This document shows positions 36,743-40,624 of a stretch of 40,624 bases of DNA, in pieces. The notes beneath the pieces were generated by a model. It searched no databases. It was not told the origin of the DNA and saw only the letters and a program-made list of their open reading frames with translations. Each line of letters starts with the position of its first letter. The first letter of the stretch is position 1. The translations under genes were made by a program, and so were the position numbers. This DNA comes from a virus (taxonomy: Duplodnaviria; Caudoviricetes). Location: IMG/VR virus record IMGVR_UViG_3300010362_000010, positions 1 through 40,624 of that record; one strand, 5' to 3'.

Positions 36743-37475
36743 CCCAGCACTCATTCAGCAACTGACGCAGCTCCAGGCGCAGCAAGCCGCCATCACCGCC
36801 GGCCTGAACGCCATGAACGAGGCGCGCTGGCTCGCGGGCGACTTCGGCGCGCAGTCGCTCGAGGCGATCCTGTACGGCTTGAACCCGAACTGGGTCGGTC
36901 AGATCAGCGCAAAGGAGCCGCTCTACAACCTGCCCGAGCCGCCGCCTGGCCCCGAGCCGAACATCGTCTGGATTGGCTCGCCGAACCACTACAACGGGCG
37001 CTACGGCTATGCCGTGGTGGCGCTCGTCATTCATACGATGGCCGGCACGCTCGAGTCATGTGATGCGTGGTTCAACAACCCGAGCTCGCAGGTGTCGAGC
37101 CACTACGGCATCGGCCTCGGCGGCGAACAGCACCAATATGTCAAATTGTCTGACGGAAGTTGGGCGAACGGAATACTCGAGCCGGGCAATGAGTGGGTCG
37201 AGATTGTCGGCAACAGCGCCAATCCGAACTACCAGACGGTGACAGTCGAAACGGAAGACAACGGCTCGGGCGCCACGCCGGTCAGCCAGGAGCAGTATGA
37301 CGGCACGCTCGCCGTGTGCCGTGTGGCGCTACAGACCTATCCGTCGATCAAGTACCTGTTCGGCCACAACATCGTCTCACCCCAGTCGCGCAGTCAGTGC
37401 TGCGGCAATCGCTGGTGGCAGAGCGGACGTTTCGATGATCTGGCCGCGGCGCTCGAGCTCGAAGCGTACTGGTGA
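36735..37475 (+). CDS. N-acetylmuramoyl-L-alanine amidase (Amidase_2), copy 1
   Basis: SPN, VIHTMAG, VSSHYGIG, QYV, WANG, N..TVTVETE, GHN...CCG. Confidence 0.9.
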   Translation: MVSPALIQQLTQLQAQQAAITAGLNAMNEARWLAGDFGAQSLEAILYGLNPNWVGQISAKEPLYNLPEPPPGPEPNIVWIGSPNHYNGRYGYAVVALVIHTMAGTLESCDAWFNNPSSQVSSHYGIGLGGEQHQYVKLSDGSWANGILEPGNEWVEIVGNSANPNYQTVTVETEDNGSGATPVSQEQYDGTLAVCRVALQTYPSIKYLFGHNIVSPQSRSQCCGNRWWQSGRFDDLAAALELEAYW

Positions 37476-37485
37476 TGCGGTGCGT

Positions 37486-37855
37486 ATGGTGCCGCTCACC
37501 ATCTGGCACGGCGACCTGGCTGCCTCGTACGAGCTCGCAGCGGCGGTCCAGCGCAACTGTTCGTGCGCGGACGGGTATTGCGCCGCTCACCAGGCCATGC
37601 TCTGTCAGCGCTTCGTGGACGGCATCCTGTTCGCACGACGAGGCCGCGTTGGTCTGGCAGGACGTGACGCCGCGCTACGAGGTCCTGGTGACAGCTCGTG
37701 TGTCGCAGTCGGTCAGCCTGTCGAGCACGGGCACGGGCGGTACGGCGCGCGAGTTCGTCGTCGTTGGGCGCTCGCGCGACTTCGTCGCTGCTGATCGTTC
37801 GCACGTCTTCGCCGCGCGCCGCCGCGGCGCTCGATTCACCGTGGAGGTGCGCTGA
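37486..37855 (+). pseudogene. Probable chimeric or frameshifted gene remnant
   Basis: Coding-like codons run in the MVPLTIWHG...FARR frame to about 37640, then continue in the HDEAALVW...FTVEVR* frame. Confidence 0.45.
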
Positions 37856-37856
37856 G

Positions 37857-38177
37857 ATGGCCTGTTCGCAAGTCATGGTTTCGCCGAAAATTTTTCTGAT
37901 GGGCAGCCAGGAAACGCTGCCGCTCACGTTCGATGCCACGCAGCTCCTGGACGTCGGCGAGAGCATCGCCTGGGCGCAGGCATCGCTCACTCAGATCGAC
38001 AACGGCGCCGACTACTCGGCGATCGGGCTGCTCGGGACGGTCGCGGTGGCCGGCACCGACGTCACGGCAACGGTCACGAGCCTGCTGCCGCGGAAGCGCT
38101 ATCGATTGGTCATCCAGTTCGAGGTGGCGGCCAACAAAGTATGGGCGCCCTACCTGTTGATCGAGTGTCCAGAATAA
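37857..38177 (+). CDS. Ig-like virion protein (possible fibre adaptor)
   Basis: GGAGGTG SD; ETLPLTFD...L..GESI, YRLVI pattern. Confidence 0.55.
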   Translation: MACSQVMVSPKIFLMGSQETLPLTFDATQLLDVGESIAWAQASLTQIDNGADYSAIGLLGTVAVAGTDVTATVTSLLPRKRYRLVIQFEVAANKVWAPYLLIECPE

Positions 38178-38186
38178 GGAGGGGGC

Positions 38187-38417
38187 ATGACCGGCTCGTG
38201 GATCGATGACCGCGCGTGGGACGCGACGGGCATCCCGTGCAACACGGACTCGCCCATCTTCCAGCTGTGGCGCCAGCTGCGCAGCGAGGGCAAGCCGATT
38301 GGCCTACCAGTCACCGGCGAGATCGAGACCCCGGTCGGACTCCAGATGGCGTTCAGCAGCGGCGTCGTGCTGGGGTGGTCCGAGGAAGAGGGCGCCTACG
38401 TGGCCAGCGACGCCTGA
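38187..38417 (+). CDS. Small LGFP-repeat-like protein (putative cell-wall-binding domain)
   Basis: PIFQLW.....EG.PIGLPVTGEI.....QMAFSSGV..W; AGGAGGGG SD. Confidence 0.6.
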   Translation: MTGSWIDDRAWDATGIPCNTDSPIFQLWRQLRSEGKPIGLPVTGEIETPVGLQMAFSSGVVLGWSEEEGAYVASDA

Positions 38418-39013
38418 TGGCCACCGCCACACCGCTGCTGTGGACGAGTCCCGGTCTGCTGGCACCCGAGCCGCCGCGGCCGATCCCGCCGCCGCCACCC
38501 CGGCCGAACGTCGTCTGGATCGGCAGCCCGAACTGCTCGCGCGGCCGCGCAGGCATGACCGTGATCGCCCTGGTCGTGCACACCATGGCCGGCAGCTTGC
38601 GCAGCTGCGACGCCTGGTTCTCTAACCCCGCGGCGCAGGTGAGTTCGCAGTACGGCATCGGACTCGAGGGTCAGATCCACCAGTACGTACAGCTCGGCGA
38701 CACTGCCTGGGCCAACGGCATCCTGGAGTCGGGCAACTCCTGGCCGGGCTTGCCCTACAACGTCAACCAACAGACGGTCTCGATCGAGACCGAGGACCTG
38801 GGCTCGGGCGCCACGCCGGTGAGCAACGCCCAGTACGCCTCGACGCTGGCCGTGTGCCAGCTCGCGTTGCGCACCTTTCCGAGCATCACGTGGTTGCTCG
38901 GCCACCACTGCATCAGCCCGAGCTCGCGGCCGAGTTGCCCCGGTGCCCGGTGGCGCGACAGCGGGCGATTCACCAATCTCGCGGTCGCGCTTGGGCTCGA
39001 GCCCATGTACTGA
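38417..39013 (+). CDS. N-acetylmuramoyl-L-alanine amidase (Amidase_2), copy 2
   Basis: Close paralog of 36735-37475: WIGSPN, VVHTMAG, QYV.L.D..WANGILE, ETED.GSGATPVS, GHH..CPG. Confidence 0.9.
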   Translation: MATATPLLWTSPGLLAPEPPRPIPPPPPRPNVVWIGSPNCSRGRAGMTVIALVVHTMAGSLRSCDAWFSNPAAQVSSQYGIGLEGQIHQYVQLGDTAWANGILESGNSWPGLPYNVNQQTVSIETEDLGSGATPVSNAQYASTLAVCQLALRTFPSITWLLGHHCISPSSRPSCPGARWRDSGRFTNLAVALGLEPMY

Positions 39014-39036
39014 ACCCAGGAAGGACGCCGACGCCA

Positions 39037-39183
39037 ATGACCCTTGCCATGCCCGCAATCACTGTTGGCTGGGTGATCGCCCTGGTCATATTGATCCTGA
39101 CCGTCGTCTTCATCGCCGTCGGCCAGGTGCCGCTGCTGCTAGGCGGGCTGATCGCGGGAGTCGCCCTCGCGCGGCTGCTGTGA
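39037..39183 (+). CDS. Two-TM small membrane protein, holin candidate
   Basis: 48 aa, almost entirely hydrophobic, follows the amidase; two possible starts (MTLAM). Confidence 0.55.
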   Translation: MTLAMPAITVGWVIALVILILTVVFIAVGQVPLLLGGLIAGVALARLL

Positions 39184-39196
39184 CAGCTAGCTTGTC

Positions 39197-39421
39197 ATGG
39201 ACGAGGAGCGCGAGCGTGTACCAGGCGACGAGCGCGACTCGGGCATGACCATCGACTTCACTCTGAGCATCGGCTATCGTCGCCGTCGCCCGAACACACT
39301 CGGCGATCGTGTTGAGCAGCGGATCGACAGCCTGGGGCTGTTGTTCGTGGGCGCGCTCGTCGCCGTAGCGATCATCCTGATCGTGCTGCCGCGGCTGCTC
39401 GCGTGGATCGGCAGCTTGTGA
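39197..39421 (+). CDS. Small single-TM membrane protein
   Basis: C-terminal hydrophobic helix. Confidence 0.55.
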   Translation: MDEERERVPGDERDSGMTIDFTLSIGYRRRRPNTLGDRVEQRIDSLGLLFVGALVAVAIILIVLPRLLAWIGSL

Positions 39422-39424
39422 CCG

Positions 39425-39709
39425 CTATGGCTTCGCCAATTCGAGGTACTGCGCTCGAGACAGTTCGCAACTTATGAGCGCGTCGAGCTCGGATGCCTTG
39501 GCCAACTTGAGCTCACGCTTGATGGAGCTCGCCATCTGGTCGCTCAGCGACGTGCTGTCACGCCAGCTATGCGACAAGCGTGTCCGCGCCACGAGATTGC
39601 CTTCATCATCGAAGACCTCGAATCGAACGTGATGCCCTGCCCGTACTTGCGTGGCCTGAAGTTTGGTCGTCAGGCAGGAACGGAGCGCCCCCGTCTTAAG
39701 CGTCGGCAT
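39425..39709 (-). CDS. HicA-like toxin candidate, 94 aa (start MPTLKT)
   Basis: Helix, then GHHVRF, VARTRLSH, S.IKRELKL..SEL..LISC.LS..QY, consistent with a HicA-type dsRBD-like fold; overlaps the upstream gene. Confidence 0.65.
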   Translation of the reverse strand: MPTLKTGALRSCLTTKLQATQVRAGHHVRFEVFDDEGNLVARTRLSHSWRDSTSLSDQMASSIKRELKLAKASELDALISCELSRAQYLELAKP

Positions 39710-40142
39710 CCAGGAGTACGAGTACGCTGTCCAGCACCTCGCGCTCACGCTTCAAGCGCGCCGAAATGCGATCGCCGAGCTCGGTCATCCGCTCGTAATG
39801 CTCCAGAATTTCGTCACGAAGGCCTGTGATCGCCTCGGCGACAGTATCCCCGAAGGCGTGAATTCCCAGGTCTTCCTGTTCCGCCACAAATTCCGCACCC
39901 TCAATGAACACGAGAACGAGCACTGGTTTCTTCAACCAGTACCGCGCGGAGAGTTGACCCTGGATCAGGTAGTGGCGTTGAAAGTCGGCGAGCGACGACT
40001 GGTTGACCAGGGCAGGAGCACTCGTCGTCGTCGGGCTGATGCGGATTGGCGTCGGAAGATACACCCTGTCAGTGCTGTGCACACTGGGTGGCCCGGCGGC
40101 AGCTGGTACTGCGGTGGAGGCAGAACGATCGATCATCGTCAC
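39696..40142 (-). CDS. HicB-like antitoxin candidate with long Ser/Thr/Pro-rich N-terminal extension
   Basis: FVAEQEDLGIHAFGDTVAEAITGLRDEI matches the HicB N-domain pattern (GxTxxEA); no DNA-binding domain evident. Confidence 0.7.
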   Translation of the reverse strand: MTMIDRSASTAVPAAAGPPSVHSTDRVYLPTPIRISPTTTSAPALVNQSSLADFQRHYLIQGQLSARYWLKKPVLVLVFIEGAEFVAEQEDLGIHAFGDTVAEAITGLRDEILEHYERMTELGDRISARLKREREVLDSVLVLLDADA

Positions 40143-40459
40143 CAGTCCTCCTCGATCTCCAGCTGCTTATACAGCTCGGCGGGCAACGAGATTTTGCCCA
40201 TCGCTTCCTCGTAGGCGCGGACGTTTTTGACCATCACCTTCGCCATCGCTTTGGCATGCTGCGGGCTCATGTGGACACGCACGCGCGGGATTGGGGGAAC
40301 CTGACCTTTGAAGCCCGGCGGTGGCGGCTGGATGACTCCGAACTCAAGAGTCACACCCCACGCGTTGATGAAGAACTGCACGGAGTCGGCGTAGGTGTCG
40401 GACACCGCCTTTTGCTCGATGATCGAGAACCCTCGGCCGTCCCCGTTCCCTTCGCTCAT
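40139..40459 (-). CDS. DUF3467-family protein
   Basis: YADSV......VTLEFG...P...RVHMSPQHAKAMAKVM..NVRAYE...GKI; GAGGGAG SD. Confidence 0.8.
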   Translation of the reverse strand: MSEGNGDGRGFSIIEQKAVSDTYADSVQFFINAWGVTLEFGVIQPPPPGFKGQVPPIPRVRVHMSPQHAKAMAKVMVKNVRAYEEAMGKISLPAELYKQLEIEEDW

Positions 40460-40524
40460 GGTTTGCTGGTCTCCCTCACGTCCTCAGGAGCAGCCAGTAT
40501 GGCAGTCCGCCGGTGTCCGCCGCG

Positions 40525-40624
40525 AGTTGAACATGCGTGCGATACGAACCAGCTCTAGTGCTTACTCGGTTGGCGGCACGTAGCACATTTCGGCTGGGGT
40601 AAAGCCATGATTCACCACCCACCA
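40525..40624. repeat. 100-bp terminal direct repeat, right copy
   Basis: Identical to 1-100. Confidence 0.97.

Overview
The window appears to be a complete, circularly assembled temperate phage genome of about 40.5 kb. The first 100 bp are repeated exactly at 40525-40624, and the sequence is GC-rich. Morphology is probably podovirus-like because no tape-measure, tail-tube or sheath gene is recognisable. The host is probably monoderm (Rpf, LGFP-like, amidase and M23 domains; no recognisable spanins; leaderless-type promoters), but it cannot be assigned from sequence alone. Gene order: a leftward accessory arm (DNA methyltransferase, small Zn-finger/SWIM proteins); XRE-HTH plus tyrosine integrase; attP containing the 3' half of tRNA-Phe with arm-type repeats; divergent repressor and excisionase-like genes; an early operon with a stand-alone secreted Rpf-like protein, VRR-NUC, two SSB-like proteins, an AEP primase-helicase with an internal AT-rich palindrome, and DUF5131; terminase; a stand-alone NrS-1-type prim-pol domain; portal; large internal-virion proteins (M23 + SLT); scaffold; major capsid followed by an antisense LAGLIDADG endonuclease; collagen tail fibres; adaptor/nozzle candidates; two paralogous amidases; a holin candidate; and a leftward three-gene DUF3467 / HicB-like / HicA-like operon. 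The best candidates for new biology are (1) the tripartite DUF3467-HicB-HicA-like module, (2) the secreted Rpf-like gene, (3) the homing endonuclease with a recoded, duplicated capsid 3' end, and (4) the split/duplicated lysis module. All family calls come from motif recognition by eye; no searches were run.
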